This document shows, in pieces, positions 27,401 through 40,480 of a DNA stretch of 64,000 bases. Each line of letters opens with the position of its first letter. Position 1 is the stretch's first letter. The notes beneath the pieces are model-generated. The model saw only the letters and a list, made by a program, of their open reading frames with translations. It was not told the DNA's origin and did no database searches. The position numbers and the translations under genes were made by a program. The DNA is from Mobula hypostoma (lineage: Eukaryota), in contig NC_086108.1 in the NCBI RefSeq assembly GCF_963921235.1, forward strand, positions 77,874,001-77,938,000, written 5' to 3'.

Positions 27401-30258
27401 GAATCAAAATCAGGTTCAATTTCATTGGTGTATGTCATGAAATTTATTGTTTTGTGTCAGCAGTACATTGCAATAGATAATTAAAAAACTATAAATTACA
27501 ATAAGAAATACATATATTACATTAAGTAAATAGTGCAAAAAGAGAGCAAAAAAAGAAAAAAATTAGTGAGGTAGTGTTCAGAAATCTGATGGCAGAGAGG
27601 AAGAAGCTGTTCTTGATGTGTTGAGTGTGTGCCTTCAGGCCCCATGGTTTCCTCCTTCATGGTATCAATGAGAAGGTGGCATGTCCTGGATGTCGCAGGT
27701 CCTTAATGACGAATGCTGCCTTTTTGAAGCATTGTTTTTTGAAGGTGTCATTGATGAGGGGAGGCTATTGCTTATGGTGGAGTTAGCTGAGTTTACAAAG
27801 TTCTGCAATTTTTTCTGATCCTCTGCAGGGGCCCCTCCATACCTGACAGTGATGCAACCAGGGCCGGATTAACCTAGTAGCAAAAGTAGCATACACCACG
27901 GGCTCCGCATTTTCAAGGGCCCTGCACTAAATGCTTGCATGCTGCAGTCTGGTGAAGTCCGCATCTCACCGTTGTGTTGCCCTTAAGGCATTTATTTAAC
28001 TTTATTAAATTTCAGATTTAAATAATTTGTTTGTAACTATTTTCTAGTTGAAGTTAAAGGTTGGTAACGACGTTGCAGTTTAACAAAGGGCAAAATTTAT
28101 TGTTTATGGTATATCGCGGCATGTGATGACATTACCTCCAGTTTCACCGCGTCTTGTGGGCAACTTCCGTTTCGGCAAAAACAGAAAGGAGGGGGCCCGC
28201 GTGAACAGCACGAAGGTGAAAAGCTCCACCTCCACCCACAAAGAAACGTTATAAAAGCAACGCCGTAAGTTCATATAACAGTAGACATGTTGAAGTAAAT
28301 ATAGTAATGCGGATTCTGTTAAAAGTAGCGTCGGTTGATGAGGTTACTTACAAGTATTTACAATGCAAGTGTGGTGTAGAGAATGAAACAGACACTGAAT
28401 ATGTTTTGTATTATTTTATGAACAGCTTTCACCATACGATGTCAATGTGGAAGAGTGAAAAGTAAACGGTCAATTTTACTGCGACTCTGTCTTCATTGGC
28501 TCTGGTTTAACCTGGTGTTTAGTCAGAGTTTCAACACACTGCAAGAGAATACTACGCACCGTGTTCTCATGACGATCTGGTAATGCTGTTGTTTTCATGT
28601 CGGGGGAGCTGCATGCTGCATGGTATGTGTGTGCAGGCGTATGTTGGCTCCTTGCTGTGTCGTGGTGACCCTTGTGCTATCTCCCACGCTCCCAAGTCGC
28701 TGCAGCGTGCGCTGTTTCGCCGCTGGAAGGTGCACCACTGACTTTGTGCACTATGTTTTGCCGTCTGGACCAGCTGAAAAATTTGTGAAGTTTTTGGATA
28801 TGGAAGGTCATAGTGCTGAACAGCTCGCTCAAAGTTTACTTGACTTTTTAAAGGAAAATGACATTGATATAAAAGACCGCCATGGTCAAAATTATGACAA
28901 TGCCAGCAACATGAGTGGCAAGTATAGTGGCTTACAAGCACAAATTAAAGAGCTGAATGAGTTTGCGGATTACAGTCCATGTTTTGCACATTCATTAAAT
29001 TTGGTTGGAAAATGTGCTGCTGAATGTTGTCAAGAAGCATTAATTTTCTTTCAATTTGTAGAAAGCCTGTACACATTTTTTTCTGCTTCTACTTATCAGT
29101 GGGATCTCCTTTCTGCTGCATTATCCGATGGTGGTGCTCATTTGCCCATTGTGAAAAGAATGTCAGATACCAGGTGGTCAGCTCATGCAGATGCAACAAA
29201 AGCACTTTTACACAGCTTTTCTGCAATAAAACAAGTCCTGGATGACATTTCAAATAACAATGATCAGAAGGCAGATTGTCGACAACAGGCTCATGGACTA
29301 CTTTCAACCATGATGAAGATGGAAACAGGAATAATGGTCATATTGTGGGATCAAGTATTACAGCGTTTTCAAATGACCAGTGCTTCTTTGCAATCTTCTG
29401 GCCAAGACTTGAACACAGCTTGTGCACTCTATGAATATATTCAAGCTATGCGGTCTACTTTTTCTGACTAAGTGTGAAGATTATCAACAGCAAACTCGAA
29501 GAAAACACAAGCAAAATCGTGCATATGATGATTTCAGTGGTTATAGCACTCTTGATCCACTTGTTGAATCTCAAAGCTTATCTAAAGGTGAATGGTGTTT
29601 TTGGATTCCTTTATCAGTTACAGTCGTTTACACCTGAAGAGATCGTAAAGAGGTTATCAAATCTTATTAAATCATATCCGGAAGATCTGGAAGGAGGTCT
29701 TGATGAAGAATTTGTGCAGTTTACTGAACTGTTGAAAACTGATCTTGCTTCTCTTATTGGCACCAAACAAGACCTTGTAGAGTTACAGTTGTACCGTTTG
29801 GTAACTGACAACTCTTTGGAGTCATGTTTTCCAAATGTAGAAAATGCCTTGCGCATCTGTTTGTCACTCATGGTTACCAAATGCAGTGGAGAACGCTCAT
29901 TTTCAAAACTGAAAAGGATTAAAAATGAACTAAGGAGCACCATGGGTCAAAACAGATTGAACAATCTCACTCTAATGAGCATTGAACATGAACTTCTGTG
30001 TGAAATAGACATTCCCAGTATCATCAACAAAATTGCTCATGCTAAATCTAGAAAACGTAACTTTTAAATTGTAGTTTTGTTACTTTTGACATTTGAAATT
30101 GATACCTACATGTAAGTAATACTATTACTGAAGTGTCAGGCATTTGTCGTATTAACTGGCTGTATAGCAAATGAAAAAATTGAATTACTTTACTATGCAA
30201 GTAAGTAATTTATGTTTTAATACTTACGTGCATTTTTAAAATTTAGGGCCCCTTTATA

Positions 30259-31617
30259 CAGACATCCCACCCTGCAAAAACTCATTTCAGGGAGGTAGCA
30301 CCCTCGCCCCCCCCCGCAACCCCATATAGCCCCTCCCCACCTCCCGTCGACCTCCAAGGGTATATGTATTACTTTGTTTAGTGATTTTGTTTAATCTGTA
30401 AACCAAGTTGAGCATATGCAGAAAATGTGACATTAAAATATGTACTTATATTATATTATCATGTTTATTCTATTACAACTTTAAGCAAGTCTACAGGGAA
30501 TTTGGCCTATTGTAGGACATCGATAGCGTAGTTCCTTGGCAACTAGCCGGCTAGTTTAAATCAGGGGTTAAAATAAAAGGTTGGCACGTAAGTGTCCGCC
30601 CAGATCAGACCGACATTTACGTGCCAACCTTTTATTTTAACATGATTTAAACTAGTCGGCTAGTTGCCAAGGAATCTGCAATCGCCTCTGATCTGGGCCA
30701 ACATTTATGGGCCGGGCAGCACCTAATTAATTAGCTTGTTTATTTCGGCTTTTTTCTTAAAGATGTGCTGGGTGCGTTCCGGCCACTGCTGTATTCTTCG
30801 TGGCACGGAGGTTGGGGACCACTGAATTATAAGTCACTTATAAGTCAATAGCATCATAACATTTTAAGTAACGTTTGGATGTGAAACACACAGCGCATAT
30901 TTTCCTCGTATGAACATATAAAATCATTGCAACACACCAATATCGCTGAATCAGTGGGAGCCCTGGGCTTGTTTCCCTGCAACAACACAGTCCAATCGAG
31001 GGGTGATGGGAGACAGCGATACTTGAAGGGGGTTCCTTATGTCCAGTCTATTCCGCAATTTTGCTTTCGTTGCATTCATTGCAGAAAACTCTGCTTCGCA
31101 GCGATATGATGTTGGAAATGGAAGCAACGTTTTCAGTGCTTTCGTGACTATCTCAGGATATTCAGCCCTGACTTTGATCCAGAATGCCGGCAGAGATTTT
31201 ATGTCAAACATACTTTTCAGCCCACCGTTATTTGCAAGCTCGAGGAGTTGATCTTTTTCCCACGCTGACATGGATGATTCACCGGGGACATTCACAAATG
31301 GGTCACGGACGCATTCCTTTGCACGTCTCAGGTCACTGATGACCTCGCATGCGTTAAAATTCAACAGTGCATGACAGGGAATGAGGAAAGGTGCAGCTGA
31401 CTCATATCGTTTCATATCGCCAAATCATATCTTTTCCTCGCGGCCCGGTGGTTGGGGACCACTCTTAGCACAAAGAGAGACCAATCAGGATGCTTGCTCT
31501 CCCTCTCCCTCTCAAAAAAATCTATTTCCGTGATATTGTATATAAATTCCAGGTGTCAGGGAGCCACTATCGATATGCGGGAGAGTCCCGCAACTTCTGG
31601 GAGAGGTGGGATGTCTG
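30259..31617. mobile_element. TIR element with a 6-bp TSD
   Basis: TIRs cagacatcccacc / ggtgggatgtctg; TSD tttata (30253-30258/31618-31623). Confidence 0.75.
30825..31463 (-). mobile_element. Charlie-type non-autonomous hAT keeping the transposase C-terminal dimerisation region
   Basis: FWIKVRAEYPEIVTKALKTLLPFPTSYRCEAEFS...KLRNRLD; terminus ggttggggaccact. Confidence 0.8.
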
Positions 31618-32043
31618 TTTATAACATATGCTACAGGCCCCGCACTAGCTTAATCCAGCCCTGGATGCAACCAGCTATAATGCTCTCCACAGTACACCTG
31701 TAGCAATTTGCGAGTGTTTTTGGTGACATCCTAAGTCTCCTCAAATTCCTAATGAAATATAGCCATTGTTATGCCTTCTTGGTAATTGCGTCAATATGTT
31801 GAACTCAGAATAGAGCTTCAGAGATTTTGACAAAGATTTTGAACTTGAAATTCACTCTTTCCATTGCTGATTCTTTGATGAAGACTGTTCCCTCAACAAT
31901 CAATTCCTTGGTCTTGCTGACATTGAGTGCAATGTTGTTGTTGCCACACCACTCAACGAGCTGATCCATCTTGCTCCTGTATGCCTTCTCGTCGCCATCT
32001 AAAAATTTTTAGATGGTGTTTGTGCCGTGCCTAGGGTGTAGAG

Positions 32044-32234
32044 CAGGGGTGGCCAACCTTTTACATTCCATGCGTCAATTTTTTCATGCATGAGTTCAGT
32101 TGCGATTTTTTTCACGCACGAGTTCTATATTAACATTTTTACAAGAATTAAATGGGGGTACAAGAGTTGTATGGCACATCTGAACTCGTGCGTGAAAAAA
32201 TTGACATGTGGAATGTAAAGGTTGGCCGCCCCTG
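32044..32234. mobile_element. hAT MITE with long TIRs
   Basis: caggggtggccaacc...ggttggccgcccctg, arms about 55 bp, perfect 8-bp TSD gtgtagag. Confidence 0.92.
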
Positions 32235-32478
32235 GTGTAGAGGAAGTAGAGCAATGAGCTAAGCACACATCCTTAAGGTGCACCAGTGTTGACTGTCACT
32301 GAGGAGGAAAGCTGAACAGCAAAATCCTGGTACGTTAAGCACCCATTCCTGTCCCTATCTCAATCAAGGCTCCATAATGGCCACAACATCATAGTTCCTT
32401 GAACTGATCCATGCGCTTAGTTCAGTACCTTTACCAATAATACTTTTGGCATTAAAATACATACTGTATATTTTAAAC

Positions 32479-32733
32479 CAGTGGTCCCCAACTACTGGGC
32501 CACAGACCGGTAGCGGGCCACAAAGCCTGTGCTACCGGGCCGCGAGGAAACAATACGATTTGGCGATATAAAACGATATGAGTCAGCTGCACCTTTCCTC
32601 ATTCCCTGTCACGCACTGTCACGCATTGCTGAATTTGAACAACACCGCCCCCCCATCCCCCCGGCCGGCAGATCCACAAGAATATTGTCAATATTAAACC
32701 GGTCCGCGGTGCAAAAAAGGTTGGGGACCCCTG
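32479..32733 (+). mobile_element. Charlie MITE, deletion derivative of the family at 30825-31463
   Basis: TIRs cagtggtcccca / tggggacccctg; perfect 8-bp TSD ttttaaac; shares gagtcagctgcacctttcctcattccctgtca. Confidence 0.92.
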
Positions 32734-32824
32734 TTTTAAACTATCTGTCCCATCATACCTATTATTTTCAAAACATACATTACTTAAAAAATCAGAAAAC
32801 AGCAATCAAAATTCTTTGAACACA

Positions 32825-33030
32825 TCACGCGAAGAGAGACATTAGAACATTAGTTACAACTGGAAAGCTGGAAGGAAAAAGAAGCAGAGGCTGACAGAGA
32901 ATGAAAATGATAGATGGAATAACATCATGGTTAGAAACAGAGGAGGCAACAACTACAATTCAGAGGGTCAGGGACCGTGACGGATGGAGATAGACACACC
33001 GAACGGCAAGGCATCTGAATGATGATGAGG
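32825..33030 (+). mobile_element. RTE LINE 3' end
   Basis: GKLEGKRSRG motif; (TGA)n tail; near-identical to 42660-42834. Confidence 0.75.
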
Positions 33031-33859
33031 ATTGTTCTGATTGCATGTTGTGCAGTCTACTCATTTCAGAGGATTCAATTTCTGTGGATATATTAATTCC
33101 ATTCAGTCGGTGGAAATGCAAGAATCGAGTAATTTCACTCTTAACTTGAATCAAGCTAGATCAACTCAAAAGATTAAGTCCGGTAAAAATGATCTTAGAA
33201 CATTTAAAAATTTGTGTTTATTTCAGAAAGCAGTAAATGTGTTCACCTCTGAATGAGAGAGAGTGTGTGTGCATGTTTATTTATCTTTTCCTCTTTGCTA
33301 AGCACACACATGCACACACACTCTCTCATGTGAAATTATGGCTCAATACACTAGTTCCTTGTAATTTCTGATTTTGTGCTGTAAGCCCCAACAGACATGA
33401 TAATTTGAGAAGCAAAGACCATGAAAATTCACAGACAGCAGAAACTGAATTCTGACCTTTGATTATTCCAGCACCAAACCTGTGCATGCTTAAAGAAGAG
33501 CATCTCTATTTCACGGGATCAGCAGCCATCAATGGCAATATGGAGATAATTCCTATTTAATAGGGCCAAACAAAGTTTTAAAATTTTTTAAATGATCCTA
33601 TTTTTCTTTGAAAGCCCAATGGTTTTTCATTCATGACTTCAAGGAATCCACTTGCAATTAACCTTTTCTGTGTTCTGGCTTTCAGGAATACGTACTTCCT
33701 GTTTTAGCAGGAGATATGTATGTTTGCAGCCCAGAGAATACTTTGCAATAGACTTTATTAACCCTTGACAACATTGGCTTTGTGAGAGGTTGACAGATAT
33801 TATGTATTTATAATCTGACAAGGAACCTCCAAGGTCAACAGAAGCAAACTTTACCAATT

Positions 33860-34998
33860 CCCTTCCTCCACCATCAACTCTGCTCTCAAACGCATCTCTC
33901 CCATTTCACGCACATCTGCTCTCACCCCATCCTCCTGCCACCCCAGTAGGAATAGGATTCCCCTTGTCCTCACCTCCCATCCCACCAGCCTCCAGATCCA
34001 ACATATAATTCTCCGTAACTTCTGTCACCTCCAACAGAATCCCACCACCAAGCACATCTTTCCCTCCCCCTCCCCCTGCTTTCCGCAGGGATCACTCCCT
34101 ACGCAACTCCCTTGTTCATTCGTCCCCCCCATCTCTTCCCACTGATCTCCCTCCCGACACTTATCCTTGTAAGCGGAACAAGTGCGACACATGCCCTTAC
34201 ACTTCCTCCCTCACCACCTTCAGTGCCCCAGACTGTCCTTCCAGGTGAGGCGACACTTCACCTGTGAGTTGGCTGGGGTGATATACTGTGTCCGGTGCTC
34301 CCGTTGCGGCCTTCTATATATTGCCGAGACCCGACGCAGGCTGGGAGACCGTTTCACTGAACACTTATGCTCTGTCTGCCAGAGGAAGCAGGATCTCCCA
34401 GTGGCCACACATTTTAATTCCATGTCTCATTCCCATCTTCATATGTCTATCCACAGCCTCCTCTACTGTCAAGATGAAGCCACACTCAGGTTGGAGGAAT
34501 AACACCTTATATTCCATCTGGGTAGCCTCCAACCTGATGGCATGAACATTGACTTCTCTAACTTCTGTTAATGCCCCACCTCCCCTTCGTGCCCTATCTG
34601 TTATTTATTTGCTATTATTAATTTTTTCTCTCTCTCTCCTTTTTCTCCCTCTGTCCTTCTCACTATACTCCTTGCCCATCCTCTGGGCTTCCCCCCTCCC
34701 CCTTTCTTTCTCCCTAGGCCTCCCGTCCCATGAACCTCTCATATCCCTTTTGCCAATCAACTGTCCAGCTCTTGGCTCCATCCCTCCCCCTCCTGTCTTC
34801 TCCTATCATTTTGGATCTCCCCCTCCCACTCCCACTTTCAAATTTCTTACTATCTCTTCTTTCAGTTAGTCCTGACGAAGGGTCTCGGCCCGAAATGTCG
34901 ACTGTATCTCTTCCTAGAGATGCTGTCTGGCCTGCTGATTTCAACAGCAATTTTGATGTGTGTTGCTTGAAATTCCAGCATCTGCAGATTTCCTCGTG
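33860..34998 (+). mobile_element. 5'-truncated Penelope-like element (GIY-YIG end plus terminal repeat)
   Basis: GVIYCVRCSRCGLLYIAETRRRL; perfect 10-bp TSD tttaccaatt (33850-33859/34999-35008). Confidence 0.92.
34868..34903 (+). ncRNA. Minimal hammerhead ribozyme motif (PLE type)
   Basis: agtc-CTGACGA-agggtctcggccc-GAAA-tg-TC-gact; stem I agtc/gact; stem III palindrome mutated to ATGT. Confidence 0.7.
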
Positions 34999-36999
34999 TT
35001 TACCAATTTTTTGGTAAGTTTATTAGATATACCGAAAGAATTCATAGCTAATGTCTTTTCTTTCCTCACACTGAAATTTTTTTAAATATCCAAGTTGATT
35101 TTGGACCTGCGGAAAAGCTTCCAATGATTTCATTTGGGTCTCAGTGAGAGGGAAAGTGAACATTCGAATTAAAGGCATTGGGAGTAGGAAGAATATAGAG
35201 AAAAAGAGATAAGAGGGACAAATGTTTCCACGAGATAATTGAATGGAAAGAGAAAATAGCTAAAAGAAAGGGCTTTTCCTCACTGCCAAACATATTCTTT
35301 TTAATTGAACAATAAACAAAAGGTAGAACAAGGTTCAGAGAGAATAGCAAATGGAATTAGCTCAGATGGGAATCTTGGTCTGCCTGCTTCCATACTATAT
35401 GACTCTAATAAGACAGAGGGAAGCAAAAGTGAAAAAAAAACAATCTTTACAAAAGTACATATTGCCATGATCTAAAATTAACTGTTCAGAAAATCAGAAT
35501 GGTTTGCAGCCTGAGTGAAAATTGATGGCTTGATTAGTAGACACTATTTGTCTGTTTGCTCGGTTGGAGCCAATTACTCTTCCAATCTTGCAAAGTAAAT
35601 TCTAATTAATTAACCTAAAGTTTTGTATTTTTCTTTGAACTTCACAGGGGCAAAAATAGAGTTAATGGATCCAACATCTGCTTTCTCTTCTGTCCCTTGA
35701 GTTAATGGATAATGCTTTTTTGTTTTCAATTTATGTATTAGTGTGGAGGAGGTAAAATTCTAAATTTCAGAAGATATAAACTAGAATATGCTAAATTGTA
35801 TTAAAATACCATGCATTACGTTACTAGTTCAGGCAGATAAATAAAGCAGGTTCAGGAGCTAAATGGCCAATAAAATAGATATCTGGCAATGAAAACATGT
35901 TTGGTTTATATTTGCATTGATTAGACATGTGTCCTCAGAAGCAATCAATGGGAATTTTGTTAATGGGTTTTTAGGAATGGGATTAAGTAATCAAATATTG
36001 TTTAATCAGGAGTTACAGCAAAGAGTTGGTGCTTTTTATTTTCCTGAAGTGAGGTCTGTTATAGAAGGAAGCCGCAGTGGCTGAAGAAAGTCTTGTGAAA
36101 TCAGCTGGAGCCTAGGAGTGAAAGAGATTCAACAAAAAGCAGTAAAAGCTTGTGACAGCTGCCTAAATGGATGAAGGAAAGGAAGAGAGAGTAGCCGAGA
36201 ATGCTGATTACCCCTCCCCTTGTGCAATTACAAAGGACAAGTTCAGCTCTGACCCTGTAAAAGGAACAGCTATTAGGTGAAGTGCATTGAGAATAGTGGT
36301 GCCTGGGAGAAGTGAAGGGGCACCAGAGAAATGTTCAGACGGAATGCCAACATGCTGCCATAGTGTGAATTTGTGTTTGGCGTGAGCTCTCGATCCATTG
36401 ATATTAATGTGACGGAGGTAAGGAAGTAGGCGTGTAGTTGCTAAAGAGTGCCACCCGAAACTGAAGAATACAGAGAAGCTCTTTCAAAACCTATTAAGCC
36501 AAATAGTCCAATAGATCCTGGTTCCTCAACAGCATATGAAGAGAGGCAAGAGCACCTAGTCATGAGTATTCCATTTTAACAGCAGATGATGTAACGTTTT
36601 GGTGGTCTGATCCTTAATTTATTATTCTGCTTGAAGTTACTTTTTGTTCTTTAGCTGGTGTTCTAGTTGCTTTGTGAATGAAACTATTAAAACAACAATT
36701 TCCCCCCACACCCCTCCCCCCCTTGAGTGAATGATTTCTGAAAATCATCAAACATGAAACTATTTCACAAAATGATTAGGGTGTTTGAGGTGCTACTGCT
36801 TATAAATTGGACCCATTACCGACTGGTATTTATGTATGAAGTATACTGTGATATTTTTCCCCTGGTTAGATTGCACTAGAGATCTTTTCGTGGCGAAATC
36901 AAGTTCACGAGGAAACTCGACCAGGTGATTCCGGTCACAATACTGATGCTTCTTTAGTACCAGTAATGCTACTTGTTGTGTAGCACACATACAGTAAAA

Positions 37000-37531
37000 A
37001 CACTCAGTGGCCACTTTATTAGGTACACCTGTACACCTACTCACCAATGCGAATATCTAGTCAGCCAATCATGTGGCAGCAATTCAATGCATAAAAAAAT
37101 GCAGACATGGTCAAGTGGTTCAGTTGATGTTCAGGAAAAATATTGGAATGGGGAAGAAATGTGTTCTAAGTGACTTTGACCATGGAATGATTGTTGGTGC
37201 CAGGTTTGAGTGTCTCAGAAGCTGCTTATCTCCTAGGATTTTCACGCACAACAGTCTCTAGAGTTTCAGTGAACAGTGCAAAAAAACAAAAAGACATCCA
37301 GTGAGCGACATTTCTGCGGGTCTCGTTAATGAGAGAGTTCAGAGGAGAATGGCCAGAATGGTTCAAACCAACAGGAAGGTGACAGTAACTCAAATAACCA
37401 TGCGATACAACAGTGGTGTGCAGAAGAACATCTCTGAGCGCACAACATATTGAACCTTGAAGTGGATGGGCTGCAGCAGTAGAAGATCATGAACATACAG
37501 GAGGTACAAAATGAAGTGCAACAGAGGGTAA
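37000..37531 (+). mobile_element. Non-autonomous Tc1-derived element
   Basis: TIR cactcagtggccactttattaggtac; Tc1 N-terminal remnant MGKKCVLSDFDHGMIVGAR; degenerate right TIR. Confidence 0.8.
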
Positions 37532-40117
37532 GTTGGAAGTTCTGTGCACAACCTACAACCTTTGTTAAATATTCACAGTATAATTAGCATTGCATTGCTC
37601 TAGCCTGTTGTATGTGTGTTTACTTAGAGAGACACTCTGCTGTCGTAAGGAGACCAGACTGTATCGTCTCAATAGGCTGCTTGAACAAAGTTCCAGAGTT
37701 CACGGAATGTACACAAACTGTTTTTTTCAATAAGAACTATAGGCAACAGTGACAATGATGATCAGAGTAATCTCAACCAAATGGTAAAATAAACCACATT
37801 TCTTGCTAGAGTAGTTATGCAAAATCTTTATAGGCACAGTGGTATCACGAATATAGTTTTGGATAATTTATCACTATGCCAGCACCTCTGAGAGATGTAT
37901 CTCCCAAACTGCTGTTCACAGTGACAGTGGAAGTACAGCCAAACAATTGAATTGTACACAGAAGAGTTCATATGCTTTGATTTCAGTGCAGTCAGAATGG
38001 AACTGTGATTTACAGGGACTCTGGTGATACAGAAAATAAAGGGTTAATTGTGTTGTGTATTTAATATTTGAATAATTTTGTATATAAATTGTTTGTGTAA
38101 GTATTCTTGTTAATTTACTTACAGGTTATATGTAAAAATACGTTAACTGCATACATCATCACGCTACCACATGATATGTGTGTGCCTCACTGAAAATAAA
38201 CTCTAAGTTAGACTGGCATTTCAGACTCCCTTGTCCTCATTTGAATTAGTTTAATGTTTTAAGATTACAAAACTTAACATTGGCGACAAGTTATTTTCAA
38301 AACGAACCCGAGACCTTCAAGCAGAGTGAGGTGCTCGTACTAAAAAAAGCACAGCGTGTAAAATACGCAGCCCAACACATGTAGAGACTTTGAGATAACA
38401 AAACAAAGAGACTGCAAATGGAAGAATTCATGGTTTATAAAGAGTGAGTACTGGTTAGTAATAATCAATTTAAAAATCAGAAATGGCTAGCTAGATCAAA
38501 AAGATGGATGAATTTGATTACATAACGAGTAATTGGCTCATATACACTGAGCTATTGGAACAGTATTTTGAAGCAAATGAATGAGCCAATGAGAAGCGAG
38601 TGCCAATTTTGCTAAGTGCGTTGGGTTTAAAGGCATACAGTTGGCTTCGAAGCTTGACTGGTCCAACCAAACCTGCAGAAGTGAGCTTTGATATTGTAAA
38701 ATTGATTCAGGAACACTTAGAATCGAAGCCAATTGTTCATTGCAGAAGGGTTTCGATTTCATAAGCAGAATCAAAAGGAAGGGGAGTCTATTTCAGTGTA
38801 CGTGACTGAATTGAAGAGGTGGTCTGAGCATTGTGAGTTTGGTAATGGTCTTAATGATACACTAAGAGGTTGTTTAGATTGTGGAATTTTACAAAAAAGA
38901 ATTCAAAAAGAGCAGCTAACTGAAGCACAGCTGACATTTAAAAGAGCAGTTGAAATCCCTGTATCAATGGAAACCTCAGGCAGAAATACAACTGCGTTGC
39001 AGTTAGGAATGAAAGTGAGCGTGAACAAAATTGCATTGTCTAAACAGAAACCAGCCTGGCTGAACAATTTGTGTTATCATTGTAGTGGGGGCTCACATAC
39101 ACCAAACATAAGCAGGTTTAAAGGTGAAATTTGCAATAAATGCAACAAACTGGGACTCATACAAAGAGTGTGTCAGGCAGGCAAAAATAAATGGACTGCT
39201 CAGGGAAGAGAAAAAGCTAAAAAGGCAAGTTGCGGTTTCAAAAAGCTACTAATCTGTATCTCGGTGTCAGTGCTGTGCAATTGCTCAACAAAAGGAGGTG
39301 TAAGGCGCTTCTTCCGTCCGATAGCCTACAAGTCACCCTTGGGCAAGGTGTAGTACCTGTTTAGCCTCCCAGTCAGGGTCATGTGAAGCCATGGTTTGCA
39401 GGTGGAGGATGGTTTTACAAGCAGATTCTACAATTGGAATTTATGGTTGTAAAAGTAAAAACGCTGGGAAGATGAATCTGCTGATCAAATGGCTAGCAGG
39501 GCTGGACTTTAGGCAGGGCTAGGCTGGGCTGCAGTCCAGGGGCCTGAGTTTCAGAGAGGCCCAAAATAGGTAGCTATCATCATGGTGGACAAAAAAAATA
39601 CAAAAGTGGAGCACAGAAAAGAAAAAAGAAAGGAGAAAAAGAGGACCGTGAGAAAGAAGCATTAAAAAAGACATTGAAATTGATAGCGCGAACACGAGGA
39701 AATCTGCAGACGCTAGAAATTCAAGCAACTTTTATGTGTGTTGATGGAAATTGACAGATTTTTTTAAAACCTGTTCTTGATGATGCAGCAGTACCATCGC
39801 TCTTGTCACAGTCTGAGACCGGTGGACAGATGGAGACTTGTTCAACAGCTAGCGCTAGCACTAGCGTTAGCACAGGACCACCATCCTTGCCACAGTCAGC
39901 AGCTAACGTTAAGAGGCAGAGAGCATGACTTTGGGATTCCCGACCACAGAGGCCTCCGAACAACCAAGTCGGGTCACCATTAATGTTAACGTTACCGCTA
40001 CTGAGGATCCTTACAGCACTGATCCTGCTCGCTGGGGAAAGGAAATGTTAGATGATTCAGTCCGAGCATACTGGGCTAAGAAAGGGCCGGATTCCTGCCA
40101 GAATAAGGATGTGGATA

Positions 40118-40480
40118 TTCGATTAGATTATGAGAACACTCAGTCCTCTTTTATTGTCATTTAGAAATGCATACATGCATTAAGAAATGATACAATGTTT
40201 CTCCGGAGTGATATCACAGAAAACAGGACAAACCAAAGACTAACACTGACAGAACCACATAATTATAACATATAGTTATAGCAGTGTAAAGCAATACCAT
40301 AATTTGATGAAGAACAAACCATGGGCATGGTAAAAAAAGTCTCAAAAGTCCCCGAGTCAATCCCTGATAGCAGGCGGCAAAAGGGAGAAACTCCCTGCCA
40401 TAAAACCCCCAGGCACCGTCAACTTGCCGATGCCTTGGAAGCAGCCAGCCACAGCTGACACTGAGTCCATCCGTATCAAA
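40118..40480 (-). mobile_element. LINE-type (Rex-like) 3' fragment inserted in the hAT
   Basis: Minus-strand tail 'aatgacaataaaagaggactgagtg...taatctaatc'. Confidence 0.5.

Larger units (their letters stand above)
27859..31663 (+). mobile_element. hAT (ZMYM1/Tip100-like) DNA transposon with decayed transposase at about 28750-30067
   Basis: TIRs cagggccggattaa / ttaatccagccctg; perfect 8-bp TSD gatgcaac; GQNYDNASNMSG, CFAHSLNL, DTRWS, SGERSFSKLKRIKN. Confidence 0.92.
27400..32310 (-). mobile_element. Rex/Babar LINE host, split by the hAT at 27859-31663 and the MITE at 32044-32234
   Basis: Flanks rejoin (gacagtgatgcaac|cagctataatgctctccac), colinear with 52450-52500. Confidence 0.75.

Noticed and set aside
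28620..30067. ZMYM1-like host gene
   Set aside because: It lies within TIRs and an 8-bp TSD and is broken by deletions and frameshifts, so it is a decayed hAT transposase.
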